DNA of 64,000 nucleotides from Macrostomum lignano. Taxonomy: Eukaryota. The notes under the pieces were generated by a model. The model had not been told where the DNA came from. It did not search any database and saw only the letters and a program-made list of their open reading frames with translations. The DNA lies in contig NIVC01001476.1 of assembly GCA_002269645.1 (NCBI GenBank), positions 191,880 to 255,879 of the forward strand, read 5' to 3'. Positions 24,760-37,026 of the stretch are shown here, piece after piece. Every line of letters starts with the position of its first letter. Position 1 is the first letter of the stretch. Position numbers and translations under genes: made by a program.

Positions 24760-25075
24760 TTTTTCTCTTCTCTCTCCTCTCTCCTCTCTCTTCTCTCCTC
24801 TCTCCTCTCTCCTCTCTCCTGTCTTCTCTCTCCTCTCTCCTCTCTCCTCTCTCCTCTCGCCTCTCTCCTCTCTCCTCTCTCCTCTCTCCTCTCTCCTCTC
24901 TCCTCTCTTCTCTCTCCTCTCTCTCTCTCCTCTCTCCTCTCTCCTCTCCCCTCTCCTCTCTCTCTCCTCTCCCCTCTCCTCTCTCCTCTCTCCTCTCGCC
25001 TCTCTCTTCTCTCTCCTCTCTCCTCTCTCCTCTCTCCTCTCTTCTCTCCTCTCTCCTCTCTCCTCTCTCCTCTCC
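24760..25075. repeat. CT-rich polypyrimidine simple repeat
   Basis: TCTCCTC-type low-complexity tract. Confidence 0.95.
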
Positions 25076-25569
25076 CCTTTTGCAGAGAGCCAGCCGCATT
25101 CAACTGCATTCTCAGCTTGGCAACCGCCCCCCCCTCACCCCTAGCAGAGTCGCACTTTGTCCAAAAATCAAAATTTCTAACGTTTGCTAACTATCATCGA
25201 ATGCTGAATATGCTACTAACAGCGAAAGCCATCAGCTAAGTAGTATAATAGATATATCTTACAGTCTATATGTATACAATTAACGAGCAAGTTGTTAGCG
25301 CACCGCACTCTGCTGCACTTTCGATTTAAACAGCAGAGCCCCCTCAACACTCTTAATGACTTTGATTTACTCGTGAAATTGACTGAATTATGCTTTATTT
25401 TAGTTTACTACTCAAGTCTCAATGTCAATAAAAAGTAATAAATAATAGATGCCTGATGAATTCGACTCAAACACACGAGCATCTTGTCGGCTCAGCCAAT
25501 TTAATGGAGCGAGCTGATTTTATACGGCTTCTGGTCTGAGCTTCTGGTTCGCCACTACCGCTTTCATAG

Positions 25570-25852
25570 GACCCACAACAGACATCCCAAACAGAACAGC
25601 GCCCTACAACAGACACTCCAAACAGAACAGCGCCCTACAACAGACACTCCAAACAGAACAGCGCCCGACAACAGACACCCCAAACTGAACAGCGCCCGAC
25701 AACAGACACCCCAAACAGAACAGCGCCCGACAACAGACACCCCAAACTGAACAGCGCCCGACAACAGACACCCCAAACAGAACAGCGCCCTACAACAGAC
25801 ACTCCAAACTGAACAGCGCCCGACAACAGACACTCCAAATGGAACAGCGCCC
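25570..25852 (+). repeat. 31-mer minisatellite AACAGACACTCCAAACAGAACAGCGCCCTAC
   Basis: Period of 31 measured (25577 to 25608). Confidence 0.93.
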
Positions 25853-26514
25853 TACCATGAAGCAAATTTGACTAAAAAATTGTCATCAGCAGCATAGTTA
25901 GAAGCGAGACACTGAAAAACATCAACCCGTATTTCCCCAGACTCTTCTCCACCCCCTAGCACAGAAAATTTTCCTATTGCTGTCCCTCTAGGCAACTCGT
26001 GACGCGCAACAATCTTGGGCTGGCGCCAGCGCCTGCTAAAAATTCAATCTCAAAAGTAGGCCAGCTCGAGGATAAACAGTCGCGCAGGCGGATAATCTAG
26101 AGATGAGGGGGGGGGCGTCGCAGCGCCTACCTAATTGAAACTTCCGGGAGAACTTCGGGATCCGGGATGCGGGCTCTGAGATAGATCCAACCCCCCCCCA
26201 GTGCTCAATACAGAAGCCTTCCACCCAAACTGCGCGACTCTTCAAAGCAGAAAACGAAGACGAAGGGAGGCAGGTGAAAAAGCCGGCAACGAATGTAAAA
26301 AAATAGTTTTCTAAAAGCCTATGCAAAAAACAGTCGGAGTAGCTTTTGAGAGGGGCAACAGTCAGTCTGCTTTTGCGTGACCAACTGCCAAGATTCTCAT
26401 GACAAGCGTCTTTAGTTAAGGCGAAAAATTCAAAATAAGTTTCCGAAATGATTTTTTTGATAGAGCCAATCGATTCTAGACTTTGGTAAACTGACTGATC
26501 TAAAGTGGCTTCAG

Positions 26515-27300
26515 TTTAGGGTGTCTCTTGTAGGGTGCTGTTCAGTTTGGGGTGTCTGTCATAGGGCGCTGTTCAGTTTGGGGTGTCTGTTGTAGGGTGC
26601 TGTTCAGTTTGGGGTGTCTGATGTAGGGCGCTGTTCAGTTTGGAGTGTCTGTTGTAGGGCGCTGTTCAGTTTGTGGTGTCTGTTGTAGGGCGCTGTTCAG
26701 TTTGGAGTGTCTGTTGTAGGGTGCTGTTCAGTTTGGGGTGTCTGTCATAGGGCGCTGTTCAGTTTGGGGTGTCTGTTGTAGGGCGCTGTTCAGTTTGGGG
26801 TGTCTGTAGGGCGCTGTTCAGTTTGGGGTGTCTGTTGTAGGGCGCTGTTCAGTTTGGGGTGTCTGTAGGGCGCTGTTCAGTTTGGGGTGTCTGTAGGGCG
26901 CTGTTCTGTTTGGAGTGTCTGTTGTAGGGCGCTTTTCAGTTTGGGGTGTCTGTTGTAGGGCGCTGTTCAGTTTGGGGTGTCTGTCATAGGGCGCTGTTCA
27001 GTTTGGGGTGTCTGTTGTAGGGCGCTGTTCAGTTTGTGGTGTCTGTTGTAGGGCGCTGTTCAGTTTGGGGTGTCTGTTGTAGGACGCTGTTCAGTTTGGA
27101 GTGTCTGTTGTAGGGTGCTGTTCAGTTTGGGGTGTCTGTCATAGGGCGCTGTTCAGTTTGGGGAGTCTATTGTAGGGTGCTGTTCAATTTGGGGTGTCTG
27201 TTGTAGGGTGCTGTTCAGTTTGGGGTGTCTGTTGTAGGGCGCTGTTCAGTTTGGGGTGTCTGTTGTAGGGCGCTGTTCAGTTTGGGGTGTCTGTTGTAGG
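26515..27300 (-). repeat. Same 31-mer minisatellite in inverted orientation
   Basis: TGTTGTAGGGCGCTGTTCAGTTTGGGGTGTC units. Confidence 0.93.
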
Positions 27301-27830
27301 GCTGCTCCTAGGCGAGTTGCTGCTGGTAGGAGCAAGCCCTGTTGCTTTACCTGCCCCAATGACACATTGGGATTTACAATCAGATGGTGGGGCAACATGC
27401 GCTGCTGGAAATTTTTCAGCCAGATTCTCTTCAAACTGCCGAGCACCCATTTACTCACAGGCAACAATAGTTCATTGTTTGGGTAAACATTTTTTCTAGA
27501 AAAGCAGAACTGAACTCAGACCGAGCCAGCAAGCAGACGGGAAGGAAGGGACAGGCAAACATCGTAAGCGACGAAATCTGAAGTGGGCAGCAGGCCGCTC
27601 ACTGCTGCATTCCCTGACATTTGGGAGACCTCTTGAGAATCTGGGGATGGAAAGAGCCACAATTCCGCAGATCCCTAAAAGCTCCGTTTCTGGAGCGCCG
27701 CAGGAGAGCGAAACACTGCTTGTTCGCTCTTCAGGCACTGACCAGGGAGCACTAGGACAGAGATTCTGGAGTGGCGACTGAGCTGACAGCGGAATTCGTC
27801 AGAGTTCGTGTTGCTACAGGGATAACGTAG

Positions 27831-28400
27831 AATCCAGACTTCTATCTTCAGGCGTCCCTGGTCCAACTCTCGTCATCAATCCCAGTAAGAGAGCTTCGCA
27901 GTTTCCAATCCAGACTTCTATCTTCAGGCGTCCCTGGTCCAACTCTCGTCATCAATCCCAGTAAGAGAGCTTCGCAGTTTCCAATCCAGACTTCTATCTT
28001 CAGGCGTCCCTGGTCCAACTCTCGTCATCAATCCCAGTAAGAGAGCTTCGCAGTTTCCAATCCAGACTTCTATCTTCAGGCGTCCCTGGTCCAACTCTCG
28101 TCATCAATCCCAGTAAGAGAGCTTCGCAGTTTCCAATCCAGACTTCTATCTTCAGGCGTCCCTGGTCCAACTCTCGTCATCAATCCCAGTAAGAGAGCTT
28201 TGCAGTTTCCAATCCAGACTACTATATTCAGGCGTCCCTGGTCCAACTCTCGTCATCAATCCCAGTAAGAGAGCTTTGCAGTTTCCAATCCAGACTACTA
28301 TATTCAGGCGTCCCTGGTCCAACTCTCGTCATCAATCCCAGTAAGAGAGCTTTGCAGTTTCCAATCCAGACTTCTATCTTCAGGCGTCCCTGGCCCAAGC
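27831..28400. repeat. 76-mer tandem repeat, about 7.5 copies
   Basis: AATCCAGACTTCTATCTTCAGGCGTCCCTGG... period 76 (27831 to 27907). Confidence 0.95.
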
Positions 28401-28709
28401 TCTCCTGAATCCACTTTGTCATGTAGAAATGCTCCCAGTCGCCGAGCTGGCTCCATCCTGCCTTCGCTCCTCGGCTGGCACAGATTGGCCCCGGTTGCGT
28501 CCCCTGAGAGGTCCCCCCCCGCCCGGTGACTAGCGAGATTTACCTGCAGCTCTAGGCCCGAGCCGGCACTTCTTTCTCTCTCTTTGCTTTTTTCGCGAGC
28601 GAGACACTCTTTATAAAGTTATTTCGCTCTCGACCAAATTTTTGTTAGGCTAATTTTAAAAAAACCCAGTGCAGCACTGTCTGTTTATCATTCTACCCCA
28701 GTGAGGATT

Positions 28710-29778
28710 ATGAATTTTCTAGGAATTCGAGGCGCAGGAGCGGCCCTGTTGCTGGTGCTGCTGATCGCTGCGGCTCAGCTACAAGTGGTGAGCCTTGCAT
28801 TGCGGAGTGTGGAGGCTGGGATGTGGGCAGATTATGCGTAGCTATCCCAGATAGTTGCTAAGGAAGTGAAAATTCTGGCCTCAATGGAATCTGTGCTTGC
28901 GAAAGTTGCAGATAAATTCGGGGTATCAGAATAAAATCAAGTAGCAGAGTGACGAGACAAAATTCACGGTGTGAAAAGACTCTCCCTTCCCACCAAATTA
29001 GCGGAGTGACAAGACTCCATTATGAAATTAGTAAAATGGCAAGACTGTGACACGATTTTTTGGCAGAGTGACAAGATTGGCTAATTGGTAGAGTGACAAG
29101 ACTCCCCCAGCTAATTATCGGAGTGACAAGACTCCCCCAGCTAATTAGCGGAGTGACAAGACTCCCCCCAGCTAATTAGCGGAGTGACAAGACTCCCCCA
29201 GCTAATTAGCGGAGCGACAAGACTCCCCCAGCTAATTAGCGGAGTGACAAGACTCCCCCAGCTAATTAGCGGAGTGACAAGACTCCCCCAGCTAATTAGC
29301 GGAGCGACAAGACTCCCCCAGCTAATTAGCGGAGTGACAAGACTCCCCCAGCTAATTAGCGGAGTGACAAGACTCCCCCAGCTAATTAGCGGAGTGACAA
29401 GACTCCCCCAGCTAATTAGCGGAGTGACAAGACTCCCGCCCGATTCCGCAGTCGCAGTCGCGCAGTCTCCGACCATCGAGCTACTTCGAAGAGGACCAGC
29501 AGCTCATTGACGACGATTCCAACGAATTTGCCGATTCCGACTGCGACGATCTTGACTCCGTCGACGACTGCGGAGACGACACCCGAAGGGAGCCGCCGGC
29601 CAGGGCTGACGACGACTGGGTTCGCTCGGAGCCGTCGCGCCGCAGCGACCTCCGCAAGCGCTACGACCCGCTGCTGGCCATCCGACGTCGGCGAAACGGC
29701 GACGGCGGCGGTGACCAACGCGGATTTCTCCGACAGACAAGCCGGCAGCGACGCTACGACCCGCTGCAGTTCATCTGA
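28710..29778 (+). CDS. Secreted neuropeptide precursor (134 aa) releasing YDPLLAI and YDPLQFI
   Basis: Exon 28710-28787 (signal peptide MNFLGIRGAGAALLLVLLIAAAQLQV, donor GTG|GTGAGC) joins in phase 0 to 29452-29778. It has an acidic spacer, then LRKR-YDPLLAI-RRRR and RQRR-YDPLQFI-stop. Confidence 0.85.
29080..29435. repeat. 30-mer minisatellite GACTCCCCCAGCTAATTAGCGGAGTGACAA in the neuropeptide intron
   Basis: Direct inspection. Confidence 0.95.
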
Positions 29779-30374
29779 CCGGCGGACAGCAGAGTCAGCG
29801 GCACGGCAGCGTAGAAAGAATGTTTTCAATAACGGTTAAAAATGGAAAATTAAGGAATGGCGAAAAACTTACTTGGCTGAGAAACTTTGAGATGAAAGAA
29901 ATACAAGCTGGAATCGCTTCATACTGCGCGTTCGCATTCTGCAATTATTGCTTTTTGTCCACTTTTTACTGTTTGAACTTATCTGTCTGAGTAGGATCTG
30001 GTGTACGCCTAATGTGACTCATTTGCCTGTCTATGTTCTGGTGCACACCTAATGTAACTCATCTGCATAGGTTCTAAAGTATAACTGTGATAGAAAAAAA
30101 TTGTGGCGATGCATTGAGTGTCAAAATTGAAATCTGTTGTGCCGTTTCACTTCTAGCCCAGCATAGTGCTGTGAGAAATTATTATACGGACGGCAGCTCA
30201 GGTATCGGTCGCTCACCTCATCTCATTAGATTTGCTGTATCAACTGTATAAGCTTTGTAAACTGGCAGTGTTAGTGCTTGCGCACTTGTGCCTAGCTGCG
30301 GAGGATGGCAGAAGAGAGCGCCCTATTCTTTTCACAAGTTCACAAGTGATTTCAAATTCCAAGCCTTCGCACGG

Positions 30375-30705
30375 TCCCATCTCAACACCAGTCCCATCTC
30401 AGCACCAGTCCCATCTCAACACCAGTCCCATCTCAATACCTGTCCCATCTCAACACCAGTCCCATCTCAAAACCAGTCCCATCTCAAAACCAGTCCCATC
30501 TCAACACCAGTCCCATCTCAATACCTGTCCCATCTCAACACCAGTCCCATCTCAAAACCAGTCCCATCTCAACACCAGTCCCATCTCAACACCAGTCCCA
30601 TCTCAACACCAGTCCCATCTCAACACCAGTCCCATCTCAACACCAGTCCCATCTCAACACCAGTCCCATCTCAACACCAGTCCCATCTCAACACCAGTCC
30701 CAGTC
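30375..30705. repeat. 17-mer minisatellite CAGTCCCATCTCAACAC
   Basis: Direct inspection. Confidence 0.95.
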
Positions 30706-31199
30706 CTATCTCATCCCTAGCTTCAGTCACATCTCAATCTCTAGAGGCGCAGGCCTGCTCGATTTGCAGTTACGCTCGTAAAAGAGTTCTAAAGGTACTA
30801 TATTGTCAATTTAGTCGCATGACTGCGAGATTAAATATGACTGTCAGAGAGCAGAAAACCTGTTTCGAATTGCAGCCATAAAGTGAGAACTGGGACAAGT
30901 TTAAAAAATTATTTTCCCGCTTTGAAAACGAAAGGTTTTTGTTCGAAATATTTCTCCAGACAGCAATGTGAGCTTTGCTCGATATGCGTTTATTTGCATT
31001 TACAAGCAATGCAGGAAAAAAAGAAACGACATTAATAATTAAAAAATATTTTTGGATTGTCTGACTTTTACAGCCTGTTTTCAAAAACAAATATTTTTCC
31101 CGAAATGTGCTTATCATGCTGCTTTGGTCAGTAGATTATCATGAATCAGTACACGTACGTGTGATAAAATTCCAAAATAATAATTGTTCCTAAGCACTT

Positions 31200-32425
31200 A
31201 GTCCCAGTGCCAGTCCCAGTGCCAGTCCCAGTGCCAGTCCCAGTGCCAGTCCCAGTGCCAGTTCCAGTACCAGTACCAGTGCCAATGCCAGTCCCAGTGC
31301 CAGTCCCAGTGCCAGTCCCAGTGCCAGTTCCAGTACCAGTACCAGTGCCAATGCCAGTCCCAGTGCCAGTCCCAGTGCCAGTCCCAGTGCCAGTTCCAGT
31401 ACCAGTACCAGTGCCAATGCCAGTCCCAGTGCCAGTCCCAGTGCCAGTCCCAGTGCCAGTTCCAGTACCAGTACCAGTGCCAATGCCAGTGCCAGTGCCA
31501 GTCCCAGTGCCAGTGCCAGTCCCAGTCCCAGTGCCAGTGCCAGTTCCAGTACCAGTACCAGTGCCAATGCCAGTGCCAGTGCCAGTCCCAGTGCCAGTCC
31601 CAGTGCCAGTTCCAGTACCAGTACCAGTGCCAATGCCAGTGCCAGTGCCAGTCCCAGTGCCAGTGCCAGTCCCAGTCCCAGTGCCAGTGCCAGTCCCAGT
31701 CCCAGTCCCAGTCCCAGTGCCAGTGCCAGTGCCAGGCCAGTGCCAGTGCCAGCCCCAGTCCCAGTGCCAGTCCCAGTGCCAGTTCCAGTACCAGTACCAG
31801 TGCCAATGCCAGTGCCAGTGCCAGTCCCAGTGCCAGTGCCAGTCCCAGTCCCAGTGCCAGTGCCAGTCCCAGTCCCAGTCCCAGTCCCAGTGCCAGTGCC
31901 AGTTCCAGTACCAGTACCAGTGCCAATGCCAGTGCCAGTGCCAGTCCCAGTGCCAGTCCCAGTGCCAGTTCCAGTACCAGTACCAGTGCCAATGCCAGTG
32001 CCAGTGCCAGTCCCAGTGCCAGTGCCAGTCCCAGTCCCAGTGCCAGTGCCAGTCCCAGTCCCAGTCCCAGTCCCAGTGCCAGTGCCAGTGCCAGGCCAGT
32101 GCCAGTGCCAGCCCCAGTCCCAGTGCCAGTCCCAGTGCCAGTTCCAGTACCAGTACCAGTGCCAATGCCAGTGCCAGTGCCAGTCCCAGTGCCAGTGCCA
32201 GTCCCAGTCCCAGTGCCAGTGCCAGTCCCAGTCCCAGTCCCAGTCCCAGTCCCAGTGCCAGTGCCAGTGCCAGGCCAGTGCCAGTGCCAGTGCCAGCCCC
32301 AGTGCCAGTGAAGTGTCAGTCCCAGCCCCAGTGCCAGTTTTAGTGCCATGCAGTGCCAGTGCCAGTCCCAGCGCCAGTCCCAGTGCCAGTGCCAGTCCCA
32401 GTGCCAGTCCCAGTGCCAGTGCCAG
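31200..32425. repeat. Hexamer satellite CCAGTG/CCAGTC with higher-order duplicated blocks
   Basis: Source of the poly-VP, GT and LA artefact ORFs. Confidence 0.97.
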
Positions 32426-32658
32426 TCTAATCGCTTAGACTGAAATGCTTAAATCTATATGATAGTTCATTGATTTTTATCAGCCTATATTCATTCAAGG
32501 TTTATAATCTCTGTTATCAGACCCAGGAACTATAGTTGTCTATGGTAACAGTCAATCAGAGCATACTTAACTATTGTTCTCGGCTCCAAAATAACAGTTT
32601 GTTTAAGCAACTATCCTCAATCCGATCATTTGCAGTAGCCGCACTTCTAAAAAGATCA

Positions 32659-35287
32659 ATGGGTCCTGATGAAGATGACCAGTCGCCAGATATTCACCAC
32701 TTCTTTATCGATAAGCAAGTGATGCTTGATAGCATCAGCAACTTCTGGTTAAATTTTCCATTCTACATTCTTGTTCTACTGACTGCCTACTTTGTACTGA
32801 GGTGAGTAGTTTCATGATAAGCTCGCATCAGTTCTACTGGCTTTTTATGAGAATCTAAATGCATGAAGATGCAACATGAATTGTGGGACTTAGTCATGCA
32901 CTCCTAGAGGGTCTTCGCGGGTTTATCGGCCACTGGTGTTTACTGGCTTAGTTTATGCATGGGATGTTGGTGTATTCTGAGTTAGTTTATGAAGTGTTAG
33001 TGCATTGTGGGTTAATTTATAGGGTGTTGGTGTACTCTGGCTTAGTTTATGGGGTGTTGGTGTACTCTGGCTTAGTTTGTAGGGTGTTGGTGTACTCTGG
33101 GTTAGTTTATGGGGTGTTGGTGTATTCTGGGTTAATTTATGGGGTGTTGGTGTACTCTGGGTTAGTTTTTGGGGTGTTGGTGTATTCTGGGTTAGTTTAT
33201 GGGGTGTTGGTGTATTCTGGGTTAGTTTATGGGGTGTTGGTGTATTCTGGGTTAGTTTATGGGGTGTTGGTGTATTCTGGGTTAGTTTATGGGGTGTTGG
33301 TGTATTATGGGTTAGTTTATGGGGTGTTGGTGTACGACTTCCGCGCCCTACGCGACCTGGTTACAAGTGGCCGCTTCTGTCTGGCATTTGCCGAGGCGCT
33401 AGAAGAACGGCCAGATACAACAACCCCAGGCGAATATCCGGACATCAGTGCCGCCATCCAAGCCGCCGCTACAAAAACTCTACCGCTGGTGAAGCCAGCA
33501 GAAAGGAGTCGGCCAGTGTGGCAGAACGACGAAGTGCTGCGGCAGGCCCGAGCTGACAGTGGAGAGACTGCGGAGGAGCGGACAGCCCGCGGAGAAGGAA
33601 GACGAGACTCTAGTGGAGGAATTTAAAGCCCGGCAACGCGCCGCGGTAGAGACCGCTTTTCAAGAGATCACGGACGCCGGTCCCGACAAGAAACCGCGTG
33701 CTGTCTGGTCGGTCGTCAATCAGCTGACAGGCCGCAAGAGACGCAACGCTCTGAACCTGGCGGGTGACACACCCGAAGAGAGGCGAAACGAGCTGCGGAC
33801 CTTCTTCGCTGGTATCGTCAACGCGCCTCCTCCGCCGCAAAGGGACGACATGTCATGGCCCACGGAGGTTGAGCTGCCAGAGGAGAGCTCCTTTAACATC
33901 AGCCCCATCACCATCGACGAAGTGCTCCAACTTGCAAAGAAGACGCCAGGCAACAAGGCTACTGGACCAGACGACGTGCCTGTCGAGGTGCTGCGCCTCC
34001 TGCAAGTCGCGCTGGAAGTCCCACGAGTGATGAACTACGTGCTAGCTGGGGGCCCCGCCCCTGCTGAGTGGCGGACTGCGCATATCGTCGGGATCCCAAA
34101 GAAACCAGGTTCCGTCAAGGTCGAAGAACATCGCGGGATTTCGCTAATGTCCTGCACAGCTAAGCTATTTAACAGAGTTTTGCTGTCGCGGCTGCAGCCA
34201 GTGCTGGACCCATTCCTCCGGCGCGAGCAAAATGGATTCCGGCCAGGCAAAGGCACCGTGACCAAAATTCTCGCTCTGCGTCGAATTCTAGAAGAGGCCC
34301 GCATCCACCAGTCGACCATCATCTGCATCTTCGTAGACTTCCTGAAGGCCTTTGACTCGGTGTCGAGGCGGGTCATCGCGAACATCCTGCGCGCGTATCA
34401 CGTACCCGAGCAGCTGGTGACGGCTGTGTTAGCTCTGTAACAGGAAACTAGGGAGGCAGTTGTGACACCGGATGGCCATTCCGACTTCTTCGACACGTCT
34501 TCCAGCGTTCTCCAAGGGGACACCTTGGCTCCTTTTCTCTATTCGTCCTGGTCCTGGACTGGGTACTGCGCACTGACCTCCCTGACGACTCCAAAGGATT
34601 CTTGCTCTGCCGCAGAACAAGCAGGCGACACCCCGAGAAGCGACTCTCCGTCCTAGCGTTCGCGAACGATCTAGCGCTGCTGTCTAGCACAGCTGAAGGA
34701 GCTCAACGCCTGCTAGACCAACTGACGGCGGCGGCCGCTGTGATCGGACTGTCCGTGAATACCAAAAAGAAAATGGTGTTGACCGTGCCGACGGACCTCC
34801 CAGCTGAGATCTACTGCCGCTGCACGAACGTGGTATGGTGGTCAGGTGCCAAGCATCACGGAGGACATGGCACGGCGCAGGGCGCTTGCCTAGGGGCACA
34901 TTCCGCACCGTGTGGACTGTCCTGCAGAGCCCCGCGCTGCCGGATCGGCTGAGAGGGCGGCTGTTCCAGGCCGTCATTGAAACCGTCCTCTTTTACGACG
35001 GGCTGCTGCTATCCCTTCAAGGGCTGCGGCGGCTTGGTCAGGCGAGAAGTCTGCGTTTCGTCGACCTGCTTTTAAGAGACGCTGAAATCTCCGACCGCTA
35101 GCGGACTCGCTATTCTGCGCAAATCTGCGCTTGCGCGCGCATTTTGACAGCACCCCAACTTAATTGGCTTGCCCAGGGTTGCTGTAGTTTGTTGTTGTTT
35201 GTTGTTGTTGTGTACGACTAAACTGAAACATTTTCCAATTTCAGACATCTTGCCGAAGAGACAGCAGAAGTCCGAAGTGAGACCTGA
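32659..35287 (+). CDS. Putative 61-aa single-pass membrane micropeptide (two exons)
   Basis: Exon 32659-32801 (MGPDEDDQSPDIHHFFIDKQVMLDSISNFWLNFPFYILVLLTAYFVL, donor AG|GTGAGT) joins in phase 2 to 35245-35287 (acceptor TTTTCCAATTTCAG; R-HLAEETAEVRSET-stop); AATAAA lies downstream near 35437. Confidence 0.65.
32960..33332. repeat. 30-mer minisatellite GGGGTGTTGGTGTATTCTGGGTTAGTTTAT
   Basis: Direct inspection; abuts the LINE 5' break. Confidence 0.93.
33334..35000 (+). mobile_element. Decayed non-LTR retrotransposon (RTE-like LINE) reverse transcriptase fragment
   Basis: RT motifs KATGPDDVP, IVGIPKKP...HRGISLMS, QNGFRPGKGT, FVDFLKAFDSV, VLQGDTLAPFL and FAND (eroded FADD); in-frame TAA at 34438-34440 and several frameshifts; no endonuclease domain. 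Confidence 0.9.
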
Positions 35288-36409
35288 GTGAACCATTGTT
35301 TTCGAGATCATTCGCCTCCATTTGCTTATCGATTGGTTTGACGCAACTTTGAATATCACTGATGTTATGCTACTGTAATACAGTTTGTAATTGTCTAAAA
35401 CAAGCTAATAATATAAATTAATCGGTGTTTTCAATAATAAATAATGGTTGCCCAAGTTAATTAGGGAATCAGCAAAAGTAGTTGTTATTTTTTTAATAGT
35501 AAAAGGAAAATCTGTTAGAAAGGTTGGTTGGTAGTCTGAGAATCCTCAATTAGTACCTGAGAGATAATCTGCCAATACAATATACCAGCTATAGTGTATC
35601 CAGACACCCGTCCGCGCGTCCCCACCTGCTTAATTAGATTTCTGCTTTAGGGCTTTGATTGAGCCGCATGCAATTATATCAGCCGAGCAGCCAGCCAGGT
35701 GACAAGATTGGCCAATCATTGGGCGTCGGATAAAGGCGACCGTAGACGGAGGAGAAAATTGCTGAGTTACCCACCAATTATAGTTGCCACACAAAGGTAG
35801 GGACAGCTGAGCATCAATGTTTTGGCCCTCTAAATCTTGGGATCTGCGTTTTCTACTCGCACTTTATTAGGTGGGAGTTATGGTTAGTGTTCGGGTTCGG
35901 GTTAGTAAAGGGCAATCGCTTCAGCCAAATAGTTACACAGAATCTTCATTGACATCAGGCTGTTATACTCGGGCGCCTATAAATCAGTCATTGAAACCCT
36001 CGCATGCCTTGTGTATTTTTTAGGACTTTAAAACTGAATGAAGCGGCCAGTATTATTGCTACTGTGCTAACTGCATGATAGTTTAAGCACATGCATTCCG
36101 AATAAGGTGGTGCACAGCTAAAGATAACGCTTGAAAAGTACGATCTATACGTGACTCAATGTGACTCAACAAAAACATGGGATTGACAAGTAGAACAAAT
36201 AAATCGGCGATAAAGCACACACAACGCAAAATTACTCAAGGTAGCGAAGGTAGAGAGAATGCATACGAGTACTATAAGGTATTATCTACTGTAAGGGATG
36301 ATTTACGCTACAACACGGATGTTTGTTCTTCACGCCATTGAAAATTTTTTTACGAGCTTATAGTGCGTGAAAAACTTTGCATTCCGTAAAAAAGTGAAAA
36401 AAGTTTCGC

Positions 36410-36900
36410 ATTCCTTCTCCCCAAAGTTGACCGTGGTGGAGCCAAACACCCACCTCACTCTGCATTCCTTCTCCCCAAAGTTGACCGTGGTGGAGCCAAA
36501 CACCCACCTCACTCTGCATTCCTTCTCCCCAAAGTTGACCGTGGTGGAGCCAGACACCCACCTCACTCCGCATTCCTTCTCCCCAAAGTTGACCGCGGTG
36601 AAGCCAAACACCCACCTCACTCTGCATTCCTTCTCCCCAAAGTTGACCGTGGTGGAGCCAAACACCCACCTCACTCCGCATTCCTTCTCCCCAAAGTTGA
36701 CCGTGGTGAAGCCAAACACCCACCTCACTCTGCATTCCTTCTCCCCAAAGTTGACCGTGGTGGAGCCAAACACCCACCTCACTCCGCATTCCTTCTCCCC
36801 AAAGTTGACCGTGGTGAAGCCAAACACCCACCTCACTCTGCATTCCTTCTCCCCAAAGTTGACCGTGGTGGAGCCAAACACCCACCTCACTCCGCATTCC
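36410..36900. repeat. 54-mer minisatellite (CATTCCTTCTCCCCAAAGTTGACCGTGG...)
   Basis: 18-aa periodic artefact ORFs. Confidence 0.95.
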
Positions 36901-37026
36901 GTCCCCGGACTTGCGAAATGCCGATATCAAAACAATCGAAGTAAAACATACATAGCCTTAAACAAACAGAGAACAAGCTAAGCAAAAAGCATTGTGACAA
37001 TTATTAGTAAAACCCAAAACGTCAGT

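Noticed and set aside
27831-28400. 76-mer array as a CRISPR array or tandem hammerhead (the minus strand contains CTGAAGA...GAAAC)
   Set aside because: The units are near-identical with no unique spacers and no cas genes. Between CTGAAGA and GAAA there is no convincing helix II, and no paired NUH site follows.
29416-29839. Listed ORFs 29416-29829 (-), 29504-29740 (-) and 29507-29839 (+)
   Set aside because: Shadow frames of the GC-rich neuropeptide exon 29452-29778
30175-30720. ORF 30232-30720 with a signal-peptide-like start running into a mucin-like S/T/P/Q/H repeat
   Set aside because: No in-frame ATG after the upstream stop, the repeat part is a 17-mer satellite, and no supporting exon was found; only RNA-seq could revive it
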